64,000 bases of DNA from Schizochytrium sp. TIO01 (lineage: Eukaryota > Protista > Bigyra: Labyrinthulomycetes): positions 4,936,747 to 5,000,746 of the forward strand of contig SMSO01000037.1 in the NCBI GenBank assembly GCA_004764695.1, given 5' to 3'. Both the position numbers and the translations under genes were made by a program. This document shows positions 11,723-25,105 of this stretch, piece by piece. The number at the start of each line of letters is the position of its first letter. The first letter of the stretch is position 1. Below the pieces are notes generated by a model. That model was given only the letters and a program-made list of their open reading frames with translations. It was not told the DNA's origin and made no database searches.

Positions 11723-13657
11723 GTTGCCGGTTTCTGAGCCTGCGAGGACAAGCTCAGCGGCAGCCGTATCAGCTAGCGCGGAGGCTCTCAACGGCGCCGC
11801 GTTCCAGTACAAAGACAGATGAGGGCGAAGAGCTCGCGGCACAGTCCACCGGGCCGGCGGCTGCCGGATGGCGCTTTGCTGGTCGCGGCGCTAGCGAGTC
11901 GGAAAAAGCAGAGCGAGAGAAAAGAAAGAAAGTTGAGACGGAGAAACAAAGAAAGAAACAAAAGAAACAAAGAAAAAGAAAGACACAACTTCTATCCATT
12001 TTCTCTAATTGGGCATAGCAGTATCGGGCTCTAACCTTTTCTATATAACTAGATCTAGTACCTACCTATTTTTCACTAAGCCATGATACAGTAACAGTAT
12101 CTACTAACTAGCACCTAGTAGTAAGTGCGCAGAGCTAAGCGAAAAAGAAGAAAGAGAAAGAAAAGTTGATATAGGATACGAATAAATATCTATTAGTACG
12201 TACCTACTACATAAGTATGCTAAATAAGCAAACGGGTAGCAATAGAAAATCTTTCTTTCATGGCTATTGCTGTACGTCGTGAATTGCTGCTCGCAATATT
12301 GGGATATACAGTCTGGTGCAGTTGTCTAAAAGTATGCAGATCTTGTCTTCTAGATTTTGCCGGAGTACGAAATCCAGTTGGACAGCGAAACGGTTCTGAC
12401 AAAATAGTGGTGAGGCTAGGAAAGATTTTTCTATGGCATTCGTGGTGCTAAGGTTCTTTCCCTTTTACTGATACTTTAGGGTCTCGCAAGCTGACTCTAG
12501 ATAGAACCAGATAAACACCGAAGGCTGCTGCCTCAAAATATTAGTACGTACCTATGTTACCTCACTATGGTAACATGACAGAATTGGCCAGCCCAGTATT
12601 AGAGTTCTCGACCAGTTCGAATTTCAGAAGGAGTAGAGAAGAGACTCTTGCTGGTAAGGTTGATACAATGCATAGAAAGAAGCTTATCACTTTGGATGAA
12701 GAGAAGACACCCCATAGGCTAACCAGGATCTAGCCTTAAAGCATTTATACATGACCAAATCACCTACAGAAAGATTTTCCATAAACATCCATTGAATCGC
12801 CTGGCCTTACGCAAGTGCACATCTTCTGAAAGCGACGTTTCACTTTAAGAAATGCAAGGTTTAGATTACAGTCAATTTCCCTTTATATCCATAATACGCA
12901 ACTTTACGAGATGCCATACCTCTCATTCTGCAATTTTCAGGCAAGTGATGAGAATCAGCGATTAAAATAAAGGCGCTCGGTGCAAACAATCAACAATATG
13001 CTGGTGAAAAGAGAGGACATGAACTTTATTTGAAGAAACGTCGTCCCTCACTAGGTACCTAGTATTAGTTGCATTAGGAGTAGTACCACCTTACTTCTTT
13101 TCTTTCATGCAACTTTTGCTGTCTTCGTGTTTTCTTCGTGTGAGAGCATTCTCTCTCACTCCTTCATAGGGTTGATTTGCTCTCCTGTTTACTTATTCGT
13201 GTCGCAGTAGCTCTGAGCGTGGGGAGTCAGGTTGTTGCTTTGTTCTCTTGCCTCAGTGAAACTGTCGGTGCGTGTCACTGCCTGACTTTTTTTAATCTTG
13301 TGGTGTGGAAAGTCAGAATTAATCAGTTCTACATACTGAGTGCTCGTTGGGTCTAAAAAGCGCGCTTGCTTCAAGTTTGGCAAAGTCGCCCACTGGTGAT
13401 TTATAGGAGGAGGTTCAAGTTGCTAGTGGATATTGTTTTTCTCACTGAGGATAGAACAATACCAAGAGCAAAGTTGTGGAACACGTGACGAGGTGCTCAA
13501 AGCGAATCAGGTTGATTCTCAGGTTTCTGCCCGCTCGTGCCTAAAAGTGCCATCAAGGGCTACTCGTTCACATACGTTGAATGTGAAAGAGGTTGAAAGT
13601 CAGAAAGGTTAAACACAGTTTCTACACTACAGTATCTTCGTGAGCTTTCTTGCGAAG

Positions 13658-14719
13658 ATGGGCGTACAGCGTGTGCGAATCCCTCACATAGATTCCATGG
13701 TATCGCTAGTGTTCGGGGAGTCATTTGAAGACCGGGGGAGTATCTTTCGTGGAGCCATGATCTTCCCCGTGAAAACAGAAGCCCAAGCAAACGCTGCTAT
13801 TACATATCTACGTAGTCGTCCGGAATTTTCAGACGCCACACATCGCGTTGCAGCATACCGTACCACAGAGCGGAAAGAGTGGCGTGATGATGATGGCGAA
13901 GATCGCGCTGGAGGCCGCTTGCGATCCACACTGAAATCAGAAAAGGTATTAGGAGCTGCCGTAGTGGTTGCTCGCTGGTATGGAGGCCAAAACCTCGGCA
14001 AGATCCGTTTCGAACACTTTGCCAACGGTGTTAAGAATGTCCTCACAGCAGCAGGACATCAACCAGATGTCCCTTTCACGGAATCCATGTGGTCACTTGC
14101 AGGGCCCGGGCATTCTCTGCAAGATCCTGGTGTTTTGCGTGACCCACTCTCTTATAAGGAGGGATCTAAAACTGAAACAGGTAGCGCTAAAAACCAGAGT
14201 GACCTTGCGACGCGTCGTGATGCTGCATTACAGGCTGCACTGCGGCGAGTTCAAGCTGCCTCTGTTCCATTACCATCGTCTTCTTCCTCTTCTTCTTCGG
14301 CTACCAAATCCGCTTTACATAAAACCAATGCGGCGTCTTCTGCAGCAGCTTTAAAGAGGAAATCAATGTCATTGGAGACACCAGACCAAAGTCTCCTAAA
14401 AGGTGTGCCAAACCCTGTATTCACAGAGGAGGGCCTCACTAAATCTCGAAGACTCGACTTAAATCCTGATGAAAAGATGGCGGCGCAGCAATATAAAGGC
14501 ATTCGAAAGAGTGCTACAACATCAGCACCTCTTCCGAAAGCTGCTATTACAGAACGATCTCTGGACCCCCAAGAAACCTACAGTGAAGCCCACACGCCTG
14601 TAGAAAGCAAGAGCAGATCTAGAAATGTAAGCGTTAGCTCCGATGTTGAGGTTGTAGAACTGGACTTTGTGTCAAAAAAAGACGATAAACTAGATGAGGA
14701 TATAATTGACCTGAGCTAG
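13658..14719 (+). CDS. IMPACT/YigZ (UPF0029) family protein with a low-complexity C-terminal tail
   Basis: Motifs EDRGSIF, ATHRVAAYR, DDDGEDRAGGRL, VVVARWYGGQNLGKIRF. First ATG at 13658; no RWD domain seen in this ORF. Confidence 0.85.
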   Translation: MGVQRVRIPHIDSMVSLVFGESFEDRGSIFRGAMIFPVKTEAQANAAITYLRSRPEFSDATHRVAAYRTTERKEWRDDDGEDRAGGRLRSTLKSEKVLGAAVVVARWYGGQNLGKIRFEHFANGVKNVLTAAGHQPDVPFTESMWSLAGPGHSLQDPGVLRDPLSYKEGSKTETGSAKNQSDLATRRDAALQAALRRVQAASVPLPSSSSSSSSATKSALHKTNAASSAAALKRKSMSLETPDQSLLKGVPNPVFTEEGLTKSRRLDLNPDEKMAAQQYKGIRKSATTSAPLPKAAITERSLDPQETYSEAHTPVESKSRSRNVSVSSDVEVVELDFVSKKDDKLDEDIIDLS

Positions 14720-15091
14720 CATTTTTATTTTTTAGCTTTCGGGTATATATATATAGAATCTATTCGAGTTGATTTGTATAGAAACGAGCCCATTTCTGCA
14801 GAGGTGTTTGGCGAATTATAGGTTCCATCTGAAACTGGCACTGGGGTCGAGCGAGGGATTTTTCTTAAATTAGGGCAATTATACAGTGTACATAGTATCA
14901 TATAAGCGCACTGTGATGGGGATATCTTGATACGAGAAGTTTTGTAACGTTATAAAGTAAAGATATGGTTTAGATTATTAAATCTTGATGCTGCAAGGAT
15001 CGAGCCCTTATTAGCTGTACAGTCAATGTAAACCTCGCAGTCTCAAATGAGATTTAGAGCCAGGGGAATACATGCCAAGGGAAGTAGCTTG

Positions 15092-16003
15092 CTACAGTTT
15101 GGCATTAAGTGCAGCAGCGATCGCCTTTGTGTGTAAAGAAAGGCCTAGGGCACGAGAGAGAGGCATCCATCTGTAGTTAAAGCGAGTGGTCGCATCAGTG
15201 TAAAAATGCTCTTTAAAGCGAGTCGCATTATGCACAGCCTCCCACACCGTTCCAGCAACAAGTGCCGGGCTGATGTAGGTGTCCCTATTAAGAAAGTTCC
15301 AAGAGTCGTACTGCTGAGAGTTCACCATACTTGTGTTCACGTAGAGCACGCTGACATCACAAACACGAACGCCATGCTGGGCAAGCTCCGTACGCAAACC
15401 CTCTGTGAAGGAGTAAACAAATGCTTTGGAGGCAGCATAGGTCACATGGAATGGAAATCCTCCTACAGACGATGCAGAAGCCATTGATACAATGCAGCCT
15501 CGTGTCGCCTTCAGCGAGGGCAGGGCTGCCATAGTCATATTAATGACGCCAGAGCAATTAACATCGATAATTTTTTGTTGACGCTCCAACGGGATACGCT
15601 CAAACTCATCAATCGTGAGAATGCCTGCATTATTGAACAAAACATCCAGAGCATTACCAGGCGCGGCCTCTAGAAAATTCTTCAAGGCCTCTTTGCATGC
15701 TTCGGGGTCACACACATCGAGCGTAGCAGTGTAAACTGATTGTGGTGATCTGCCTTTGAAGGCCTTTTCAAGGCCTTCGGCATTAACATCAAAGGCGCCT
15801 ACAAACCAGCCCTTGGCCAGAAAGAGTTGGGCGGTGTTCAGGCCGATACCACTTGCTGCGCCTGTGATCAAAATGGTGCGCTTACGATCAACAGGCTTGG
15901 AAAGCCCAGACGCAGGCTCCGTGGCTGCATCCCGCAACTCAGTGAGCATTGCTGCAGCACCTCCAGCAAGTCCCAGTAGAGCAAGCCCTTTCGTTAGCGA
16001 CAT
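15092..16003 (-). CDS. Classical short-chain dehydrogenase/reductase with N-terminal hydrophobic anchor
   Basis: TGAASGIG Rossmann motif, NNAG, catalytic Ser and YAASK. Confidence 0.95.
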   Translation of the reverse strand: MSLTKGLALLGLAGGAAAMLTELRDAATEPASGLSKPVDRKRTILITGAASGIGLNTAQLFLAKGWFVGAFDVNAEGLEKAFKGRSPQSVYTATLDVCDPEACKEALKNFLEAAPGNALDVLFNNAGILTIDEFERIPLERQQKIIDVNCSGVINMTMAALPSLKATRGCIVSMASASSVGGFPFHVTYAASKAFVYSFTEGLRTELAQHGVRVCDVSVLYVNTSMVNSQQYDSWNFLNRDTYISPALVAGTVWEAVHNATRFKEHFYTDATTRFNYRWMPLSRALGLSLHTKAIAAALNAKL

Positions 16004-18889
16004 GATATTGATGAAACCACAATTAATTGGATACTCTTGCGATCTTTCTGTTGTTGAATGCGTTGGCTTCTATGGTATGTAAAGCTTGCAATTGCAGTAG
16101 CTTGGCAAGCCAGCGCAAGTTTGCGTTTAGGTTCTGCTGACCACCCGAAGGAATGAATGTAGAACGAGGAAGCCAATTGTGCTAAAGAAGGACTGACAGA
16201 TACAATCCCCTCGTCGATGAAAATGGTTTGTCTCTGCGCGTTTGCTGCGTGGGGAAACAACCATCTTGAGGAGCTGGAAGAGAACCCTGAGTGAGCAGTA
16301 CAGATATCGCCTGTTGTCGGACTGGTACCTGGGGTCGCCAGAAACGAGAATCAGTATTCGAACCGCTTGCTCGCATAGAAACACTAGCTTGAAACAGCCA
16401 TTTCGCCTTTAGTTACCAGTATCCTCCTGCAGCAACGAATCATTGACGAGCATCACGATAATCATCAGTTTTACACGATCTATTTCCTGGCTCGGGTTTG
16501 GATCGCACTTGCAATCGTTCGTGACAATGGATTTCTGGTTCCAGTTGTTCTGGGACTAATTTTAAAACCTAGTAGTAGTAGCTCTTAGTAGCTTTAGGTA
16601 AATAAGAAAGGTAGTACCTATGTAAACACTTGTGAGAGAGGTAGCTCTAGCTTGGCCAAAACGAGCACTCATTACACAACAATGCCAATAAAGTAACGAC
16701 GTATTTATCTTACTTACCCTTTCAGTCCTGGGTCGACCTTGATCACGATGACCAACTTGAACTTGAATCACCACGGTGGACCTATGTGCCTGACTATCTT
16801 GTCTCTCAAGCAGCTTGAAGTTGCGGACTCTCAATGTTACCTTCGAGATATCATAGGATGATAATACGGCTAATAGGTAGGGTGTCTAGTACCTTGCTAC
16901 AAGACGGTCCAAGATACTACCTACCTACCTACCTACCTACTACTTCATCACAAAACAAACTTGAAAGAAAGATCTTGAAACAGCTTTGATCAACAAAACA
17001 CTCAGACTCGACGATAAAGGTCCTCTAATACACGAAAGTATATGCCAAATATGACTGAGCTTTCAAAAAACACCAGATTGAGTTATTTATGATGCAAATC
17101 TGAGCTCCTGCGTGACGAAAGAGTTTAGTTTACCATTTCCAGCCATTATTTTGAAGTAATGGTTCCGATCACTCAAGATCTATAAACTGGTGGTATCCTT
17201 CTAGTGTGTATTTACTGACTATCTTTTGACCATTCTGTGACCACTAGAATCTAAAACTGAGGCAGATACTGCTTGTAGTCACTTGCCAATCTGAGTCCTA
17301 CGCCGTGTTTTGCATAAACTCCGCGAATTTCTCTCGTGAGGCGTTCTGTGCATGACCTTTGCAAGAAAACTTATCATTTCAATGTCGGGGACGAACAAAG
17401 ATTATCTTCTCCATATGTACAAAGGATATAATGTGGATCTTTCGCGAAGAAAATCAGCGCTGATTAAAAAGACCGCCGCGCACTACATGAAAGAGTACAC
17501 GCCGAGACATAAAAGGAAGAACGAGAATAATCAACTCCCTTTTCGATTGAAATTACTAAGTCAGCCATGATGTTTAGAACTGAGAGAACCCATTCTAATT
17601 TTCTTCTCATAAAGATCGCGCTTTTGTATTATAGTATCTGGGAAGAACATGAGGATCAAACATGTACTCATTCGGCCTGAGAACCAAGAACCAAATACAC
17701 TTTTAGGAAGATGCATTGTTGACTCATCTTGCATAGATATACAGGATCAGTCCATTTTTGAAAGATTGCGAGACTATAGTTGAGCGAACAAAAACCGTAA
17801 TATAACTAACGAATATTATCAGTTTGCAAGCTCAGGTATGTTTCATAGTAGAACTATGGCGACAGTTCCCAGGGATTAGGGCAAAAACGCCTCAGCATGA
17901 AAGATGCAAACCTTTGCAAAGGTGCAACAATGGCTGTAGTTTCATGAATTAAGACAGAGAGGTGCGGGAGAAGAAATTTGAGTGCTCGCACTCCTTTGCA
18001 AAGATTCGAAACCTTGAAGCTGAGTATCTGAAACGAAAAGCAATGAACGAAAGGCAATCCGCGAAAAAACGATCTAAGAATTCTAAACACGTTTTCTCAA
18101 GATCGCAATTTCACCTATAAAGCAGTAACATCGGAACTGATCTACAGACGATCATGATAGCGAACGGAGTCCGTCCTTTCCATACGAGTTTGGAAAGCTT
18201 CGACCTCCTTCAGCCCGTTGGGCATTCCTCGGGCAGGGTTGTTGCATTTTACCACTATTGAGAATTTTCAAGCTGTACATCAAAACAGCGTTGCACAGGT
18301 CTCAAGATAGACGCTCTAAATCACAAAATTCCATCATGCTTGGAAAAAAACAAAGCCGTTTAACTGACTAAAAGAAGCTTGATTGAGTCCCAGTAATTAG
18401 AAGGTGTGTCAAAGCCTCTACTTGCCTATCTACAAAATAGCCTACTTTTGCTACATTTTATCGCTGAATCCAACAATGAAGCGAGCGTATGATATCATGA
18501 CTCTTCAACAGAGAGAAGACAAGGTCCTCTCATTTTATGCAGGTTACTGAAGTTGCATGTATCACTGTTGAAAGCTGAATGACTTTAATCTATCGCAATG
18601 CTCGCCAATAACAAGAAAGAGTAGATATGCTTTCCTATGAATTTAATATATACATGACTGCGAAATTAATGAAGAGGATTTATTGGAATTTTTTTGCTTG
18701 CGTGATATGTCTTCCCAGAAACTCTATTCGAGCACCATTCTTCAAAATCCTCATTTCGTAGCTACTAACTTCATGTAAAAGTTGTTGAAGGTGCTGAATT
18801 CCCTAGTAGAGCTTTATTCCTGCTTTGATAGATTTGAACACGATCATTACAAGGGTAGATTTAAATACAAGCTGTCTGCAGTTGCTATC

Positions 18890-19116
18890 TATTGAAGTAA
18901 TGTACAGCTACTGCCTAACCTCACCTAACCTCACCTAACCAAGCTCTCATGTCTGACACCTCCTGTGTATTGGACTGACATCATCCATTCATCCCTGCCT
19001 GTACTCAGACCCGAAACCCCAATAACTCATATGTCATCCTCTTTCTCTTTCTCCTGAGTTCGCCGTCCTTGTCAGACTACCTCTGCACGCTTCACAGCAC
19101 AAGCTACTCTGCAATA
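18890..19116 (+). mobile_element. Solo LTR of the copia family at 34570, with perfect TSD CTATC
   Basis: TATTGAAGTAAT...CTACTCTGCAATA homologous to the full element's LTR; CTATC at 18885-18889 and 19117-19121. Confidence 0.92.
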
Positions 19117-19438
19117 CTATCCAGGGGAAATACTCGGTAATGTACAATACTGAGTGAACTAGACCTGGAGAGGCGAGAAGGCCATGATTTGCCTTGGAGA
19201 AGAGTTTCAAAAGCATAGGAGACACGGATCAGCTGTTTTTGCTTGTATGTTGCTTGTGGTGCCTTATTGTGAGACTAAAATGAAAATAGTCAGCTCAAAT
19301 ATCAGTCACAACCCTCGTCATCCAGCTTGATGATCTGCGAAATTGTTTCAAGCAATATCAAGGCTTTCCAAAATCCTCAAAGCTACGCCATAACACACCC
19401 TTTTTGTTCACGCGCTTTCTACTCGTTAATTTTGGTGG

Positions 19439-19650
19439 TATTGCAGATTAACAGTTTAGCCTGCAGAGGCAGCCTGACAAGGATGGCGAACTCGTGTGAA
19501 AGAGAAAAGCATGATATTTTGGTTATCGAGTTTCTGGTTCTGGATACGGCAGGGTGAATGTATCATTTTGAACTAGAGAGTGTCGGGCAGAAAAGTTAGG
19601 TGAAGTAAGGTGAGGTGAGGTTAGATGTTTAGCTGTACATCACTTCAATA
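19439..19650 (-). mobile_element. Diverged solo LTR (same family), inverted
   Basis: TATTGCAG...CTGACAAGGATGGCGAACTC...TTAGGTGAAG...CTTCAATA; flanks GGTGG/GTTGG (TSD with 1 mismatch). Confidence 0.8.
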
Positions 19651-21299
19651 GTTGGTTAATGGTTACGAAAGGAAAATCCGTTTTTTTCTAAGTATGGAAC
19701 TGTAGCAGCATACCTTCATGGGGAACCTCACGATGTAGCACGTTCTACAGGTTTCAGAATCGAAGAGCTTTTATACTGTGGCATTTGCATGTTTATGACA
19801 CATGCACATTCCTTGCTCACTCAAGATGAAACCAATGTGCTTGTTTGCCCAATATGCAATTACGACTATAAAGGAACCCTTGGATTTCAAGTTTCTCTTG
19901 TATCATTTCTTGACCAGAGCCAAGCACCTCAATATATCAGAATTCTCCGCACCCACACGAATTGTAAGCACTCAACAAGCAGCACTATCTATAGTAGGGT
20001 TCCCTTGTATATAGCCCCGTACCATTTAAAATCAAGCCCAAGAGCGAAAGCAACAAGAATGCTAGTAATAGCAGGCTATGAAATCTCTTTGTTATTGTGT
20101 GCTAAAGCTCTTCTCTAGCTAGGCGATCTGCCCTACTCCCAGCAACTTTAGCAATGAAAAAAGCCAAGAAGAAGGATAGCTTTGGCTTTCATAAATTTTG
20201 ATTTCGTCCAGCACCGGCTTACTCTATTGCCTGACGAAATCGTAGAAAGGTACATAAAATAAGTCTCTGAAATATCTTAGTATGAGAGGTCTGCTTATGT
20301 CATAAAATGAGAGCATCCCGCATAGCCCCTCTAGTAGGAGTGGACATCAATCGGGGCTAAGTAGGCAATACCTTACTCGCTCTATTGAGATCCTGAAGCG
20401 AAGAGTTTGTAATCCTACTCTACTTGCTCTGGGCTATTTACTTCTCTGGTGTCTATTATTGAATTGTTTAATCCTTGACAAATCGATAACTGAACAAAGA
20501 TTCAATCACGATCAAGAATTGCCGGAGCACAAGGGCCCATTCACCAATCATTTTTATTCAGCCAAAGGATATACATTACTGGACATGATCGCTTTTCAAA
20601 ACTCGAGATAATGTTGCGCATTTGTGATAAGAAACCAGGTACAGTATGAACCAACTAATTGAGTTGTTTTCTTTCTGTCTTCCCCTTCTCTGCATTTGTT
20701 AAATCTCGAAATCAGGTGAAAATGGCACCGCCTTTGGATACATCTCGCAACGGGTGATGCTAATAAGCCTATTCTATAGTGTTTGAACCTGGAAAGAGTC
20801 TGAAGCTTTATTATGTTCTTTCCGAAATGTTGAGTTCTTGCCCTTATATCCATAGCACACCTTGGGAAGGAAAAGATTCATAATTTAATGAGAAGAAAAG
20901 TTACCAGAGTTGGGGTACATACTTTTCACTGTACTGAGCCAAGTGCGGATAACTTAAAGTAGTAGAATGAGGAACACTTGAGGTGGGAATTTTTAAATTC
21001 AATTCCCGACAGCTTCTGATGCACGCGTAAAGTCGTGCGCTTGAAGTTGCACTCCATCCCTGTGCTCAGTTGAGCGGAGATTATGCTTTTTGAGAGACTG
21101 AGCTAACGGACTGTTGGGGACTTCTCTTACGTAATGCCTGCTGCACAACGAATCTGCGAGTGGGCGTAAGGCAAAGAGCAAAACTGAATGCATTTTTTTC
21201 TCGTCAATTGTCTTTTCTGAAGAAACCTAGGCCTAAATGTTTTTTATAAAATCGAAAAAAGATTGCGAACCCTAAGCGAAAATGATTGTATTTTTGCGG

Positions 21300-21431
21300 C
21301 CCTGGCCACAGATCTTCGCTCGGTAGCTTTTGCTTCTATGCCGCCCTGGCCACAAATCTTCGCTCGGTAGCTTTTGCTTCTATGCCGCTCTGGCCACAGA
21401 TCTTCGCTCGGTAGCTTTTGCTTCTATGCCC
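21300..21431. repeat. 44-bp minisatellite, 3 copies
   Basis: CCCTGGCCACAGATCTTCGCTCGGTAGCTTTTGCTTCTATGCCG repeated head to tail with single substitutions. Confidence 0.9.
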
Positions 21432-23223
21432 TTGCACAATGACTGCCTGGTACAGGCCAAAGACAGTCGTATACAGAACTTGAAGTTGGTTTCACCCTCT
21501 AATGAGAAGGAGTTGATTCACAAAGTGAAATAAACAGAAGTCAATGGCACTTCCAGCAGGTATACTGTTCTTGCTCTTTGCACATCAACAAAGATACACA
21601 TCCAAACAATCGGCGTTCCTCATTTCTTTGCTGAGTTGGAAAAGTTGAGGTAGTACCAAGTATTGTGGGTAGCACTGAATCAATAAGTAGAACCATCTAG
21701 TTTCAATCAAAGTTTCATAACATATTGAATCTTCTGACGATGATGAATTCTCAAGTTGATCATGCCGCCCTGAAGGAGCTGGGGCTGGCGCTCGGCGAAA
21801 CATTCTTTTTTCCATGAAAGCATGGCCGAAATCATGGTAGCTAGGTCTATGACACGCGCAGTATTGCGAACAAAAGCTTTAGATGTAGACGGAGGAAATG
21901 AATGGATCCACTGACAGGGCTTTCCTGAAATCAAGGAAGCATATGGCAAGACTCGCGTCTCTCGCCCAACCCTGAAACACTGGCGAGCTTTTGTGGTTCT
22001 CGTACTGTTGACTGCATCTTTCAGTCTTTAGGGCTTTGCAATCTTAGGTGCCACCCGCGGGAGGACGGCTGCATCTAGTCTGCACTGAATTTGGTCATTC
22101 AGTACTACTATGGTGGTAATAGGGTACTAGTAGGTCTCGCCTCCTTCTGGTAACTTGAACCCGAATGTAACATTGAGAAGGGTTTGAGACGAAAGAAGCT
22201 CAAGAGAAGAGGAGGATAGAGGCGTCACGCCGTTCTCAGGTGGAAGTCGAAAACTTATTCCTTTTCTTCATTGTTTAGTTTGGGTTTTTCAATGACATGC
22301 GGATTTAATTGCAGCCAATATGATGTTGCCTCAGTACTATTCAACACCCTCCCGAGTCTTGAGCATTGGCGACAGAGCACAGTATTGAGTGTCACATCAC
22401 AACGCGTTGGCATCATGATCTTTCGGAGCCTCCATGCTCTTCGAAGTTTCTTTACGCATGGTGGCTAAGAGTTGCTAAAAGCTACTTCTTTCCTACCTGT
22501 TCAAATCAAGAAGAAAAGGCGGAGGAGGATAGAATTGCAGATTTTATGCGGATTCGCTCGCCAGTGGAACCTGCGCGGTTCCATGGTGTTATGTCGTCGA
22601 AGGGCTACTCTCTAAAAGGGCTCCTCAATGTTTAATTGGCCCATATCCGTCAGCCTAACAGGCCATATCAACCTTTCGATAAATTCGTATCACTGAACCC
22701 AGGAAGCGCGCGTGGACAGAAGCCGAACAAAGATGCAGCTCTCATTCTTTTCTACTACTGTCACAAGCGGGTGGGAGGACCTGGTTCAGATTCTATATCT
22801 TGAGAAACTATCCAACCGGTAGTTTTAGTCTAACTAGTAGACTCACGATTGTTTAAAAGATTTCCAAAACCATCGTTGCAGCGAGAAAAGCACGAGCAGC
22901 AAAAAGGAGTAAGAGAGGGAGGGGTAGAGGAACCGATTAGTACTTTTCTGATTTGAAAATGCTCCGGTCGCTGTCAATCTTTGTTATCTCTTCCTCGCAA
23001 CCTCTCTGGGAATAATTTCGACACTGTGTTGTTTTCTGCCTTCCTAAGTGAATCGGGTATCACTGGGATTTGGAACGAAAGTTTTAAAAAATGGTGATGA
23101 AGCCTGAAGCAGCACCAATCCAAATCCTCAACTTGAGCAGAAGCGCAAAGGCTCTTCAAAGGGACCAAATCTTTCTTTGCACGCAAAGGTCGGGTTGGTC
23201 GTGAGATAGTTTATCTTGGCACA

Positions 23224-24564
23224 ATGAAGTTTGAATCTGTATTTGCGCTGCTCCTCCTGGCGGTGACTTCAAGCGAAGCTCGGCTTGGATCTGCAGATAC
23301 CTGGGTTCGCCCCCCGGCTGGTAAGGACATCGACATGCGTCTGCTGCAGTCATACAATAATGATGATGCCCAACAAATCAATCTTCGAATTGAAGGTGAG
23401 TCGAACGGTCAGTGGACATACGTCGTGCAATTTGCAACAAACAACACATTTGCTGCCCCTACCACGACTTGCTCGGCTTGGTCTGATTCTGAAGAGCTTG
23501 AAGGCACGGGTACAAGCTCAACTTACTCAATCCTTAACGTCGATGGTGCCTACAATGACCCTTCGACCATTTACCAGTCTCCATACCTCCACAAGTGCCG
23601 CATCGAGGGCCTCAACCCATCAACAACTTACAAATACCAGGCTCTCGACAGCGAGACCCTCACCTTCACCACGCCGCCTCTCCCCGGCACCACGGAAACA
23701 TACAAGGCTATTGTCCTTGCCGATGTTGGTCAGACCAACTACAGTAACATGACAATGTGGCGGGCCGCAGAAACTGTCAAGGAGGAGGGCCTCTCAGGCA
23801 TCATTTGGCCTGGTGATGTTTCCTATGCTGATGGCTACCAGCCTCGATGGGATACCTTTGGACGTCTCGCTCAGAAACTCACAGGTGCAGCCGAAGTCAT
23901 GTGGGCTGGTGGTAATCATGAATTCTCTTCTGGAGAGGCGTGGGTTGCCTATCAGAACCGCTACGCTGGTGTCGGCCCCATGTGGTACACTACTGCACGT
24001 GGACCAATGACCCTTGTAAGTCTCTGCTCATACTGTGGCACCGGGGTCGATAGCCCTCAGTACCGCTGGCTGGAGGAGACGCTTCCGCAGATTGACCGTA
24101 AGACTACACCCTGGCTTGTGGTGATTTTCCATGCTCCTATGTATTGTTCAGATGTATCTCATGAACAGGAAGCTGAAGAGATGCGTGTGTCTATGGAGCC
24201 TCTTTTCTACAAATATGGTGTCGATGTTGTTTTCGCTGGCCATGTACACGCTTATGAGCGCACCGCTCCTGTACTTGACTATGAGGTCACTGAGTGCGCA
24301 CCTGTGCACATCACCATTGGTGATGGCGGAAACCGTGAAGAGACAGCTTCCAAATGGTACATGCAGCCCGAATGGTCATTAGAGCGTTCTGCATCTTTTG
24401 GCTACGGTACCTTTGAGATCCTCGATGCTAACCTTGCTAACTGGACATGGCTTCGTAACCCTGCTGGCTATTGGGAGTTTCCAGGCCAGACCCCTTACCC
24501 TGTCATCCCGGAGTACGACAGCATTGACAATGTGATTTGGAACCGTACGGCCTGCCGTGATTAA
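23224..24564 (+). CDS. Secreted purple acid phosphatase (FN3-like N-domain plus metallophosphoesterase)
   Basis: Signal peptide MKFESVFALLLLAVTSSEA; all five PAP metal-binding blocks: ADVG, GDVSYAD, GNHE, VIFH, GHVHAYER. Confidence 0.95.
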   Translation: MKFESVFALLLLAVTSSEARLGSADTWVRPPAGKDIDMRLLQSYNNDDAQQINLRIEGESNGQWTYVVQFATNNTFAAPTTTCSAWSDSEELEGTGTSSTYSILNVDGAYNDPSTIYQSPYLHKCRIEGLNPSTTYKYQALDSETLTFTTPPLPGTTETYKAIVLADVGQTNYSNMTMWRAAETVKEEGLSGIIWPGDVSYADGYQPRWDTFGRLAQKLTGAAEVMWAGGNHEFSSGEAWVAYQNRYAGVGPMWYTTARGPMTLVSLCSYCGTGVDSPQYRWLEETLPQIDRKTTPWLVVIFHAPMYCSDVSHEQEAEEMRVSMEPLFYKYGVDVVFAGHVHAYERTAPVLDYEVTECAPVHITIGDGGNREETASKWYMQPEWSLERSASFGYGTFEILDANLANWTWLRNPAGYWEFPGQTPYPVIPEYDSIDNVIWNRTACRD

Positions 24565-25105
24565 TCAAGTCTTTGCAGTTGATTCCCCGGCAAAAGCCTT
24601 CCGCCTAGCTGATATCGGATACGTTCTTTGTTGCTTGACCAGCTAGTCTTTGTGGCTACGCTTGCTGCAAAGGAAGCGAGTATGGTAATACTCAGTCCAG
24701 TCATAGACCCTTTCAACCCGAGTAGCTTTTAAGTAAATTTAGCGTAGTATCTCCTTATTTTCCTGGTTAGTTTGTTTTTTCTTTTGGGTTGTGCGGAAGT
24801 GTTTGACCGCACTAAAATACACTTTCCGCAACATATATATGATCTAGCCTTTGTATTTTCGAATTTAGAACAGTATGCTTGAGTTATACTCTCTCTGATA
24901 ATGTTCTTCTTCTTTCCACTACTTTTTTTTTAAAGAAAAAGGATATTGCATATGTCCTATCTATGTCAAATATCAAACTTTGGCTGAAGTCAAGATCAAG
25001 TGGAAATTTGCTGCAAGTAAAATAAAACTTTCCTACCGATATAATCTCCCCTTATAATTTGAGTTGTCTAAATTTAATTCCCTAGCAATGAAGCAAATTC
25101 TCAAG

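Noticed and set aside
11482-12034. Poly-Thr, poly-Trp/Leu, poly-Asn/His and Lys/Arg-rich ORFs
   Set aside because: Translations of a microsatellite and a purine-rich tract.
17000-22700. Possible endogenous virus (e.g. mirusvirus) or hidden genes in the ORF-poor stretch
   Set aside because: Only short broken ORFs without recognisable viral or transposase motifs; cannot be supported without a search.
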